DNA from: Planctomycetota bacterium
Lineage (GTDB): Bacteria; Planctomycetota; Phycisphaerae; WQYP01
Assembly: GCA_021804985.1 (NCBI GenBank)
Contig: JAJZGD010000002.1
Location: 1,492-65,491, forward strand
Direction of reading: 5' to 3'
DNA: 64,000 nucleotides
The number at the start of each line of letters is the position of its first letter. Position 1 is the first letter of the stretch. The position numbers and the translations under genes were made by a program. This document shows positions 8,136 through 17,433 of the stretch, piece after piece. The notes below the pieces were generated by a model. It was given only the letters and a program-made list of their open reading frames with translations, searched no databases and had not been told where the DNA came from.

Positions 8136-8959
8136 TCATCCGTTTCTCCCCAGTGCTACAAGGGAATTCGGTGCCGCATCACCCCACCATTTCTGGCAGG
8201 GAACGCTGCGCCTCTCAGGCCACCTGGAGGAACGTGGCAGCATACGTGACACGAGGGTCTTCACGTACCCGTCGATCAAGGCCCTCTCGCCGTCCCACTC
8301 TTCGGCAGCCACAAAGTCGTGAAGCTCTGCGTAGCGGTGCAGAATGAAGGCATAAAGATCAGCTACCTGCACAAGCCCCGCATGGTGCGACTTAACGGTA
8401 AAAGCACTGTCTATGAGCTGGTCAAGTTGCCCCTGGCCTTTGGCACGACCGTAGTACGTATCCGTCCAGCCAGGAGGTTTGAACAAAAGTTCCGCCAAGT
8501 CATCAGCCATTTTTTTGTTTTCATCGAAGATTAAAAACGTGTGGCCCTTGTTGCTCTTCTTGCCTTGGTGATGTTTCTGAAGTTGGAGAGCAATATGGAG
8601 CGCAGCCACCAACCAAGGATCATGCTTTATTTCGGCGAAGCTAGCCGGACCGCTTTGTGCGAACTTTTCTCTATCAATCGCGGAGATCGCCAAATAGTGT
8701 TTACGCTTTACGAGCCAATCGCAAAAGAATTGGACAATGCGTTTTCGCTTGTCAGGATCAACGTTGCGCCACCGGTCCCGACCAAAGATTATCTTCGATC
8801 CTTTGAGCTCGCGCAAATTTTCTTGGAACAGTTGCTGAACAGAATCGAACTCCTTGTCAAACTCTTGTTGCGTTCGATTGAGTCTCGTTGCATCGACAAC
8901 GATTCCGACCATGACCAGGCAGGGCCCTTGGGCGTCGTTACCACTTTCGTCGACATAAC
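8136..8959 (-). CDS. DUF3800-family protein
   Basis: N-terminal motif VKVCYVDESGN matches DUF3800 (Y.DESG). The probable start is the GTG at 8959, preceded by GGAGGAAG with 4-nt spacing and lying 7 bp after the helicase stop. The track ORF extends to 9149 only by overlapping the helicase. Confidence 0.6.
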
Positions 8960-8965
8960 AGACTT

Positions 8966-11900
8966 TCACGTAACTTCCTCCACAGAAGCATTTACGATTG
9001 CGGCCACGCTCACCACGACGCTCCCCTTCGCCTTCGCCAACAAACTTCCAAATGGGTCCTGCACGCGAACCAGTCGCGGCGCGGGCGTTGCGCAGTCGTA
9101 AACCACGTACAGCCAATAGCCATCCCGCAAATTCGCCGCGCGAGCCCATTCGTTGGACGTGACTTCCACATCTCCGGTGCCGGCGCGGCCTTTCACTTCA
9201 ATGGCCTTTGTGCGGCAGGCCCCTGTGCCCGTCATCGACAGGAGATCAAATCCCGGATTGTCGGTCAGCCCCGCCGCACGGGCCAATTCCGGCGTCTGGA
9301 CGTCCTTCACAGTCGCCCCGGCGGTCTCTTCGAATGCACGGGCTACATCTATCGCAATCTTCTCAACCTCGGCGTCCTGGCGTTTCACGTCATCGGGGTC
9401 CGCCGATGGCACAACCAACGCGTGGGCTAAGAATTTAATATTACCGGGGCCAATTAGATCCGGCTCGCGGGTAAGCGTCGCCAACGCCATGTCGCGGCGA
9501 TGGGCCAGCGACCGTTGTTGCTCCTTAATACCGCCGAGCGCCTTGGCGGCGGCGGTATTGCCGGTTCGGGCCTTTTCCGCCCGCTGTTTTTCCCTGGCTT
9601 CCGCCAGTTCCACCTCCTGGTAGGCAAAGCCGCGCCGAATGAAATCCCGGCGCTCCGCCATTGTGGCCAAAAGCGTCTGCCGTCGCTGGCTTGCCAGTGA
9701 ACGTGCAACGCTTTCAGTCGCGTAGGCGGAAGCCTGTTCCGTAAGCCTCTCGGCCGCCATTGCCAGCCGCTGGGCTTCCGGCGGCAGCCCCCCGTGCCTG
9801 CCCTTGAGCAGCAGCAGATGCTCCACCGCACATGGGGCAATTTCCGCCCCTTCATTCTGCCTAATCCCCACAAGCCGACAGTCCAGCAGCTCCTCTTGGG
9901 CGAGGTCCGCCAATTCGCGGTCGGCATGGCGAAGAATTTTGATCAGAGCCAAGTGAAATAGGTACGGCTTAGTGCACATCGGATCGACAAACACCGCGCC
10001 TCGGCGGGCCTGGGCCTGTAGCTGCTCACTGACGATCGACCGGAATCGATCGAACACCGGCTCGCCGGGGTGCAGCCAGATGATGCGGTCCTTTTCCGCC
10101 GGGTCGGGGCGAATCACAGAGAAGCAGGAGCGCTGGCGTGGCGAATAAATTTCGGCTTCCCGCAGCAATGCATCAACCGCTCCCTCGCGGCCCGGCCTGA
10201 GGGTGAAACAGCCGTTCATGTCGCCATCAATTTCCACGTCCACCAGCGGCGCTGCGTTTTCAACGTAGTTGCGAACATATCCCGGCAGCAGCCGGCAGTA
10301 TGCCTCTTGCTGCAGGTCCCGCCGAAGTTCCGGCAACCGACGTTTCACGTCGCCACCGTCGCCATATATCCTTGTCTCCTTCGCTACCAAAGCCGCGACC
10401 TGCTCGGCGGTGAGCCTGCCGTCAAGTTCGTTGGCCACGGCGTCCGCATCACCCAAGGCTGCGCGCTCCATATAATCCCTGAGCGATACCCCCTCAAACA
10501 ACCGGCCAATCGAGTCATATACTTTTTCTGTGCCCAGGGCATTTCGTATGGCCTCCAACTTTGTCAACAGCGTTTTAAGCACCAGCCCCTCACGCGTCTT
10601 GGGCGCGATCAGATTGACAATCTGCACAGGATCGTGCTTTTGGCCGTAACGGTGAATCCGCCCCATCCGCTGCTCCAGGCGGGCCGGGTTCCACGGCACA
10701 TCGAAGTTAATCATGATCCAGCAGAACTGGAGATTGATGCCTTCCGCCGCGGCATCGGTGCAAACCATAAACTGCGCGCCATCTTGCTCGTTGGGCCGCC
10801 GGAATTTCTCCACCTGCTCCTGCCGCCGGACGTAATCCATACCGCCATGGATGCGGGCTATTTGTTCCGTGTAGCCCATCCCCCCAAGCCGTTTGGCCAG
10901 ATAGTCGAGCGTGTCACGATGTTCTGTGAAGATGATAAATTTTTCACCGGCGAAGCGCTGGTCGGCCAGCACCTCGCGGAGTTTGTCAAACTTGGATTCG
11001 CCGCCGTGCTCGTAAACATCACGGGCCAGATCGCAAAGGCGCACGACTTCATCCCGCTCGGCGACCAGTTCCGCCATCGATGACGCCAAAACACCGGCAA
11101 GCAGGCTTTCTTCCGAAATTTCGCCTTCCTCGCATCCGGCGGAACTGTCTTCCTCGTCGGCCGTCTTGCTGTCCAAGACGTCGTGCTCGCGCTCCAGGTT
11201 GCGTTGCAGAATGACAAGCTGCTCCGGCGTCAGTTCGCCGGTCTGAAGTTGGCGAATCAGGCCTTCAAGCTTGTCAATGCGTCGTCGCAGGGAACGCAGC
11301 AGGGCGTAGGTGGAACTGGCTAGCCGACGCTGCAGCACACTCATCGCCATCTGGGCGGCGGAACGATTGAGCACTTTGGCCCGGTTATACACGTGCCGCA
11401 TGTAATCTGTGGTCTGGTCGTAGAGCGCCTGCTCGCTGTTCGGGCCGCAGGTCAGATCGTAGCCCAGCGTGTCCGATATGCGCCGGGGATACAGCGGCTT
11501 GCCGTCAAGCTGCACCATTTCTTCCTTGGTGCGGCGGATGAATTTGGCTAGACGTTGTTGGGCGGGGTATTCGTCGAATGCGTGTGGCGTTGCGAGAATT
11601 TTGGGCTCCAGCAAACGCCAGAGCGCGTAATACGGATAATCTTTCCCTTGATGCGGCGTAGCGGTAAGCAGAAGGACGTGGTGTGCTGCCCAGGGCAATC
11701 GCCAGCCCGGTTCGGCATCCGGCACACCGCATAATCCTTCAGCGAGCTTGTAGCGTTCGGTTTTGTTCACCCGCAGGTCGCCGCCACGATCCGCCGAAAG
11801 CTTGTGAGCCTCATCAAATATCACGAGATCATACGGCTGCACGTCCGGCTCACCCAGGCGGGCAAACATGCGCGCACCGGCCAATGTATCCACGCTGACG

Positions 11901-12568
11901 ATAACACTGTCGCTTCGCTCACCGCCAAATGGATTGCCGCTTTTCGCGTCCACGCCCCTGATGATGTTGAACTGCAGGCCAAAGAGCGTCGCCAACTCAC
12001 TTCGCCAGTTGCCAATCAGACCGGCCGGCGGAATTACCAAAACGCGCCGAATCAGGCGGCGGCTTATCATTTCTCGGATATACAGGCCGGACATAATGGT
12101 CTTGCCGGCGCCGGCGTCATCTGCCAGCAGGAATCGCAGTGGTGATTGTTTGAGCATGTGCTCGTAGACGGCGATTCTTTGGTGCGGCAGGGGGTCGATT
12201 TGCGAGATTTCCGTCGCAAACACTGGGTTGAACATGTGGCCGAAACTCAGGCGTTCGCCCTCGGCCAGTACGCGAACAACTTCCGGCGACGCGGTAAAGT
12301 CCAGTGGTGGCGCTGCGTTCGAATCCAGACCTGAATCGGCGGTAGCGGGATTTACCGAATCGGGTTGCTCCCCATCCATCCGCTGTAAGCGTGACCAAGC
12401 CAATGGCGATGGGCGAGTTTGGCCGTTTTCCCAACGGTTCACCGTAGTGAACGACACACCGAGTCTCTCGGCCAGTTCAACCTGCGTTAACCCGAACCGC
12501 TCCCGAAAGCGTTTAACCCGCTTCGAATATTCAGGGGGAGTGTCAGATGTCGAGATTTCTTGCGACAT
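8966..12568 (-). CDS. SNF2/DEAH-family helicase with an N-terminal HTH-XRE domain and a C-terminal DUF3883 (PD-(D/E)xK-like) domain
   Basis: HTH: FGLTQVELAERLGVSFTTVNRWENGQTRPS. Walker A: DDAGAGKTIMSG. DEAH box: LVIFDEAHKL. A C-terminal helicase domain is present. The tail ..FDLLSM..AIEVKGRAG..VEVTSNEWARAANLRDGYWLYVVYD fits DUF3883. Confidence 0.85.
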   Translation of the reverse strand: MSQEISTSDTPPEYSKRVKRFRERFGLTQVELAERLGVSFTTVNRWENGQTRPSPLAWSRLQRMDGEQPDSVNPATADSGLDSNAAPPLDFTASPEVVRVLAEGERLSFGHMFNPVFATEISQIDPLPHQRIAVYEHMLKQSPLRFLLADDAGAGKTIMSGLYIREMISRRLIRRVLVIPPAGLIGNWRSELATLFGLQFNIIRGVDAKSGNPFGGERSDSVIVSVDTLAGARMFARLGEPDVQPYDLVIFDEAHKLSADRGGDLRVNKTERYKLAEGLCGVPDAEPGWRLPWAAHHVLLLTATPHQGKDYPYYALWRLLEPKILATPHAFDEYPAQQRLAKFIRRTKEEMVQLDGKPLYPRRISDTLGYDLTCGPNSEQALYDQTTDYMRHVYNRAKVLNRSAAQMAMSVLQRRLASSTYALLRSLRRRIDKLEGLIRQLQTGELTPEQLVILQRNLEREHDVLDSKTADEEDSSAGCEEGEISEESLLAGVLASSMAELVAERDEVVRLCDLARDVYEHGGESKFDKLREVLADQRFAGEKFIIFTEHRDTLDYLAKRLGGMGYTEQIARIHGGMDYVRRQEQVEKFRRPNEQDGAQFMVCTDAAAEGINLQFCWIMINFDVPWNPARLEQRMGRIHRYGQKHDPVQIVNLIAPKTREGLVLKTLLTKLEAIRNALGTEKVYDSIGRLFEGVSLRDYMERAALGDADAVANELDGRLTAEQVAALVAKETRIYGDGGDVKRRLPELRRDLQQEAYCRLLPGYVRNYVENAAPLVDVEIDGDMNGCFTLRPGREGAVDALLREAEIYSPRQRSCFSVIRPDPAEKDRIIWLHPGEPVFDRFRSIVSEQLQAQARRGAVFVDPMCTKPYLFHLALIKILRHADRELADLAQEELLDCRLVGIRQNEGAEIAPCAVEHLLLLKGRHGGLPPEAQRLAMAAERLTEQASAYATESVARSLASQRRQTLLATMAERRDFIRRGFAYQEVELAEAREKQRAEKARTGNTAAAKALGGIKEQQRSLAHRRDMALATLTREPDLIGPGNIKFLAHALVVPSADPDDVKRQDAEVEKIAIDVARAFEETAGATVKDVQTPELARAAGLTDNPGFDLLSMTGTGACRTKAIEVKGRAGTGDVEVTSNEWARAANLRDGYWLYVVYDCATPAPRLVRVQDPFGSLLAKAKGSVVVSVAAIVNASVEEVT

Positions 12569-12662
12569 AACGATGCAATGTTACCCGCAGCGCTGGCCCA
12601 CGTCAAGCTGACTATTGCATATGCCATATCTACCACTTTTAAGCGCACGCGGTGATAGTTAT

Positions 12663-12895
12663 TTACGAGCCAGGTGCCAGCGAGCCAAGTCGGCCCCCCG
12701 CGCGGATTAACCGCACAATTGTGACGGCTTCGCAGGCATCCCGCCCCGCAATGGGTTTGGCCAGTGGCCGCCGCGCCGGCCAGATATGCAACGTGGAAAT
12801 AGGCCCATGCCGGACATTCATTTCGTGAACAGAATCGAGAGATGCCTGCTTGAGTGGAAAAGCGAATTCAATTAAACGGGGAAAGTCAGTCATGA
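12663..12895 (-). pseudogene. third, truncated copy of the methylase 5' end with its RBS (77-aa ORF that diverges after codon ~45)
   Basis: ORF 12663..12893 gives MTDFPRLIEFAFPLKQASLDSVHEMNVRHGPISTLHIWPARRPLA then unrelated sequence. Upstream lies the same CCTAAGGAGGAAG RBS plus an element TIR as at the true gene start. Confidence 0.7.
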
Positions 12896-12918
12896 CACTT
12901 CCTCCTTAGGCAATCCAA

Positions 12919-13250
12919 CCGCTCCGTTACCGTCGCGGCTCGGACGGGATTCGCCCACTGCGCCGAGCCCGTCATCCGATTTGCGTTGGATATCCCCATC
13001 GCGCCCAATACCATCCCGGCGCCCGATTCCCGCACCATAACCAATATCCGATTTGCGCCCAAAAACCGTATCGCGTCCAATTCCCGAGCCATAACCAATA
13101 TCCGCACCAATACCAATTCCCGAGCCATAACCAATATCCGCACCAATACCAATATCCGAGCCGCGACCGTCAGGGAGCGGTATAAGCGGCGCAACTCCCA
13201 CCCCGAAGCCCACCCGCGCATGATGGCACGCCGCCAGCGGGCGCCTGAGG
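12919..13250. mobile_element. repeat element copy upstream of the helicase operon (a near-identical duplicate of the 6749-7082 copy and its flanks)
   Basis: Left TIR at 12919-12943 and right TIR at 13157-13181. The flank 13182-13250 is near-identical to 7047-7110 and includes the RRPLAAC codons. The 18-bp repeats are present (peptide frame ..GSDIGIGADIGYGSGIG..). Confidence 0.75.
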
Positions 13251-13424
13251 CCTTTACGCCTGCGTTTTGTCGCATGCGGTCGAGCGACCGCCATGGCAGC
13301 TCCTAAATCCCGGCAGATAAAATCTTTTTACGCGTCATTCCGCCGTTGAGCAAGGGGTGGGCTGGAAGACAGCGTGCGACGGCCACTGCATCCGGCCGCG
13401 TGCCCCCATTGTCTTAAGCGGCGC

Positions 13425-15383
13425 TTATTTGCGCACCGCATGGATAGCATCCGTGAGCATCTTCTCGACCATTTTTGCATCCGAGGGGGCCGCGGTGGAA
13501 TTATTTAACACCACATCTCCCGCATGGACACAGTAATACAAATGCGAAATCGCCCGCTGCCGCGGCGTAAAATGCATGGGTACCGTCCGCACTGCGTGCA
13601 TACTCTGCTTTAATAATTCCGCGGCCTGCCGCTCCAACTGCCTCAGACGAGCCATCTTCGGCAAGTGCCGCACCGGCCATTTAACATCTTGCCGTATCGC
13701 GGCCATACCGCTCGGCAGCACTGCCGCTACGCCAATATATTTTCGCAGTTTCCCAGGCAGCGGCGTCTTGAACACATAAGCATCCGCCGCAGGCCCCACA
13801 TGGATCATTTGTTTTGTTCCGGCATAGATCACATAGCCCGCCGCACCGGGGAACGCATGCCAACTCAATTCCACCCGCCGGCCCATGCGAGCGGCGGTGG
13901 CGTGAAGCTGGTATATCCGATGGCCCCCGATCGTCACGTTAATAAAATGAAACGCGCGGGCATTTTTTAGCCACACCGCCGGCTGATGCGCCTTCATCGC
14001 GCCGATATTAATATTTTCTAACCAGATGTGGCTAATCGGCGATGGGCCGAGGTTCACCAGCGATATCGCGGATAGGCCCCCGGATTCGACGCGATCAATC
14101 GACACATCGCTGATCGCCCAATCGGATATTTTGGGAACAAAGCCGGCATTCGGCAGTTGATAACCACCCGCCCAGGAAATCGCCGGCTCGGTCAGGCACT
14201 TTACTGTGTCGGCGGTAACGCCTCGGATATAAATGTGCTGAATATATCCCCCCCGCTCGCCACCCCATTTCATATAGATGATATCCGCGCCATTGCCGAA
14301 CTGGTTATCGTGAGCAAATACATTTTTAATACCACCGGACATCTCGCTGCCAAAGCCGATATCGTGCGAAAGCCAGTTGTGGCGGATAATCACATTCTTA
14401 CAGGGTCTTCCGCCATTGACGCTCCAGGCATCGGCGTTTCGGCCTGATTTAATGACGATGTTGTCGTCGTTGTTGCGGATGTTGCAATTCTGAATCAATG
14501 TGTCATTGCATGAATCGACATCAATGCCATCGTCCATGTATTCATCATGGTTGTATACCGACACCCCCTCGATGATCACATTGCTGCAGAATGACGGGTG
14601 GATCGTCCAAAATGGTGAATCCTTAAACGTGACACCGCGCACCAGAACATTGCGACATTGTTCAAAATCGCAGAACTCGGGCATCAGATGCCATCCGGCG
14701 CCAAAAATCCTTTTGCGCATAGGCGTGAGATGATCCGAATATCCCCAATTTACCAGGCGGTCCTTCCAATGCTCCCGCTGCTGTGCGTTGTACCAGTGCA
14801 TCCATGTGGAATGGGGGCTATTGCGTTGGCCGTTTAGCACGCCAGCGCCCGTCACCGCAACATTTGTCTGACGAAACGCATAAATCAGCGGCGAATAGTT
14901 GTAGCACCAAACGCCTTCATAGCGCACCAGCACACATCCATTGACCGCGGCCTTACCGGTGAGGTAATTGCGGGGATTAAAGCCGAAGTTGATCTGCGAT
15001 CCGGCATCGAGATGAAAATTTACATTCGACAACAGCGTAATCGGGCCCTTGCAGATGTAGGTACCGGGCGGAACGATGACGCGACCACCGCCGGCGGCGT
15101 GGCACGCAATGATCGCCCGCTTGAACGATGATTCACAATTCTTGCCGCCGGGGAGGGCGCCGTACTGCCGTACATTGAATTGGCGGCGGGGAAAGACGGG
15201 CGCGTGAATCTTTCGAAGAATTGCGTGATATAACTGCGCATTCCATACGCTGGGCGGTACAACCTGCGATGCCACGCCGGTGGCCCCGTCGGCAAAACCA
15301 GCGGACACTGCGACAATCAGCAGGGCCGCGAGCCAAATCGCCCGGTCGCATTGGGCCCGCGCCGCTCCAGCAATCATTTTCAT
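13425..15383 (-). CDS. secreted glycoside hydrolase family 28 (polygalacturonase-like parallel beta-helix)
   Basis: An N-terminal signal peptide follows the likely start MKMIAGAARAQ..AALLIVAVSAGFA. The protein is GH28-like with Asn/Asp-rich beta-helix repeats (NCNIRNNDDNIVIKSG, HD motifs). Start chosen by signal-peptide and RBS spacing. Confidence 0.6.
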   Translation of the reverse strand: MKMIAGAARAQCDRAIWLAALLIVAVSAGFADGATGVASQVVPPSVWNAQLYHAILRKIHAPVFPRRQFNVRQYGALPGGKNCESSFKRAIIACHAAGGGRVIVPPGTYICKGPITLLSNVNFHLDAGSQINFGFNPRNYLTGKAAVNGCVLVRYEGVWCYNYSPLIYAFRQTNVAVTGAGVLNGQRNSPHSTWMHWYNAQQREHWKDRLVNWGYSDHLTPMRKRIFGAGWHLMPEFCDFEQCRNVLVRGVTFKDSPFWTIHPSFCSNVIIEGVSVYNHDEYMDDGIDVDSCNDTLIQNCNIRNNDDNIVIKSGRNADAWSVNGGRPCKNVIIRHNWLSHDIGFGSEMSGGIKNVFAHDNQFGNGADIIYMKWGGERGGYIQHIYIRGVTADTVKCLTEPAISWAGGYQLPNAGFVPKISDWAISDVSIDRVESGGLSAISLVNLGPSPISHIWLENINIGAMKAHQPAVWLKNARAFHFINVTIGGHRIYQLHATAARMGRRVELSWHAFPGAAGYVIYAGTKQMIHVGPAADAYVFKTPLPGKLRKYIGVAAVLPSGMAAIRQDVKWPVRHLPKMARLRQLERQAAELLKQSMHAVRTVPMHFTPRQRAISHLYYCVHAGDVVLNNSTAAPSDAKMVEKMLTDAIHAVRK

Positions 15384-15440
15384 GCCATACATCTCCGAAT
15401 CATCGGACTTCCCGAAGTGCATTTACCTTTGGCGGCCGGT

Positions 15441-17258
15441 CTAAGACACCGCGATTTGGGGCTGCGGAGGTGAAGCCTTTACTTGCTCGGCAGCCGCCTC
15501 GCCGGCGATTGCGCTGAGCACCTGCTGCGGATACGCCCTTTCAATGGCGGCCCGCACCAGTCCTAAAAATAGCGGATCGGGTCGAAGGGGGCGGCTCGTT
15601 AAACAGGGGTGCGCCTGCGTGCCGACAAAATAGGGATGAACCGCCGTGGATAATTCGAGCATTTGCATAATGGGCTGATTGGGGGCGTGTCCGCTAAAAG
15701 TTAATCCGGCCTTCTCAAGCGTGGCGATATATCGCGGTTCAACCTCATAGCGGTGCCGGAAGCGGAGGCGCACGCTGGCGGCGTTGTCATAAAGGCGGCT
15801 GATGTTGGACCCCGCTTTCAGGATCACGTCTTTACCGCCCAAACGCATATTTCCGCCCAGCCCCTCGAGCTTTTTTTGCTCCGGTAATACATCAATCACC
15901 GGCTCGGAACAGTTGGGATCAAACTCGGTGGTGTTGGCACCGGCGATGCCGCAAACATTCCGGGCGAATTCCACCACGGCCATCTGAAAGCCGAGACATA
16001 TTCCCAGATACGGCACATGATTTTCGCGCGCAAAGCGCACGCACTCTATTTTCCCCTCCGCCCCGCGAACGCCAAAGCCCCCCGGCACAATGATGGCATG
16101 GCAGGCCCGCAGATGATCCATCACGTTGCGCGCATTGATTTCCGTCGTATCAATCCAACGGATGTTAATGTGACAGCCGGTATATACGCTGCAATGTTCC
16201 AGCGCCTTGTCGATGCTGGCGTACGCATCGCGAAGCGAAGTGTATTTTCCAGTAACGGCAATCGTTACAGTTTTTTCTTTCGGCAGTTGCAGTTTGTCAA
16301 TAAATGCCTGCCAGGTTCGTCGGGCGCGATCTTCCAGCCGCTGATTTACCCGATCATGCAGGCCCAGCAGCGTCAGCACTTCGCGATCCATCCCCGCCTC
16401 GCGCAGCATCTCAGGCACAAGATAAATGCTTGCCACATCGTGCATGGAAAATACACGCCGCAGGGGCACGTTGCTAAACATGGATATCTTTTCACGGACC
16501 TTTTCAATCACCGGCGTGGGGCATCGACATGCGATGATATGGGGCTGAAGGCCCGCCTGCATAACCTGCCGCAACCCAAGCTGTGCCGCCTTGGACTTTT
16601 GTTCGCCCAGCGACTGTGGCTCCATGATGTAGGTCAATGCCACCACGCAAACGGCCTGCTCGCCCTCTTCGTATGCGAGTTCGCGGATGGCCTCAATAAA
16701 GTAACCATTTTCATAGTCGCCAACGGTTCCCCCCACCTCGACGAATACGATGTCTGATTTGGAGTCCACAGCCAGTTGACGCAGCGTGCGTTTCACCTCA
16801 CCGGTAACATGCGGAATCATCTGCACATCGCGGCCGAGATATTGCCCATGGCGCTCGCGCTCAAGAATGCGGGTGAATATCTGTCCGCTGGTGGTAAAGT
16901 TTCCACCCGAGAGGTTTTCATCGAGCATGCGCTCGTAGGTGCCCAGGTCCATGTCGGTTTCCATACCGTCATCGAGCACAAACACCTCGCCATGGCGATA
17001 GGGATTGAGCGTTCCCGAATCAATGTTCAGGTATCCCTCCATTTTAATGGGGGAAACCCGCAAACCCTTGTCTTTTAGAATTTTCGCCAAACTCGATGAG
17101 AATATGCCTTTGCCCAGCCCGCTCATGACGGTTCCGAGAACCACCACGTATTTTGTGCGGCCCTTGACATAGCCTGGCGGAAAGGGCGTGTAAAACTCGG
17201 TATCTTGCGTGGCATTTCCAAGGGAAGCGAGCAATTCCTGCTGAACATCATCATTCAT
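15441..17258 (-). CDS. pyrG: CTP synthase
   Basis: KYVVVLGTVMSGLGKG P-loop plus a C-terminal glutamine amidotransferase domain (GICLGFQ). It has a ~33-aa N-terminal extension with no alternative in-frame start. Confidence 0.9.
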   Translation of the reverse strand: MNDDVQQELLASLGNATQDTEFYTPFPPGYVKGRTKYVVVLGTVMSGLGKGIFSSSLAKILKDKGLRVSPIKMEGYLNIDSGTLNPYRHGEVFVLDDGMETDMDLGTYERMLDENLSGGNFTTSGQIFTRILERERHGQYLGRDVQMIPHVTGEVKRTLRQLAVDSKSDIVFVEVGGTVGDYENGYFIEAIRELAYEEGEQAVCVVALTYIMEPQSLGEQKSKAAQLGLRQVMQAGLQPHIIACRCPTPVIEKVREKISMFSNVPLRRVFSMHDVASIYLVPEMLREAGMDREVLTLLGLHDRVNQRLEDRARRTWQAFIDKLQLPKEKTVTIAVTGKYTSLRDAYASIDKALEHCSVYTGCHINIRWIDTTEINARNVMDHLRACHAIIVPGGFGVRGAEGKIECVRFARENHVPYLGICLGFQMAVVEFARNVCGIAGANTTEFDPNCSEPVIDVLPEQKKLEGLGGNMRLGGKDVILKAGSNISRLYDNAASVRLRFRHRYEVEPRYIATLEKAGLTFSGHAPNQPIMQMLELSTAVHPYFVGTQAHPCLTSRPLRPDPLFLGLVRAAIERAYPQQVLSAIAGEAAAEQVKASPPQPQIAVS

Positions 17259-17433
17259 GGCGGACCATCCTTCGGAGCATCAATTTATCCGAATATCGCT
17301 GAAGCGGAAAGTTGGCGCGGCCGCCTGAGAGTTCAGCGTGACATCCAGTGCTGCCGTCGGAAGAACGGGCCAATGAGAATTCGGCGTCCTGCGCGGTTCT
17401 ATGCGGTTCTACAGCGCCCGCACCTTGCGGGCG

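Noticed and set aside
10070-11083. 337-aa plus-strand ORF
   Set aside because: It lies entirely antisense within the helicase gene, has no recognisable domain, and is typical of spurious ORFs on the opposite strand of GC-rich genes.
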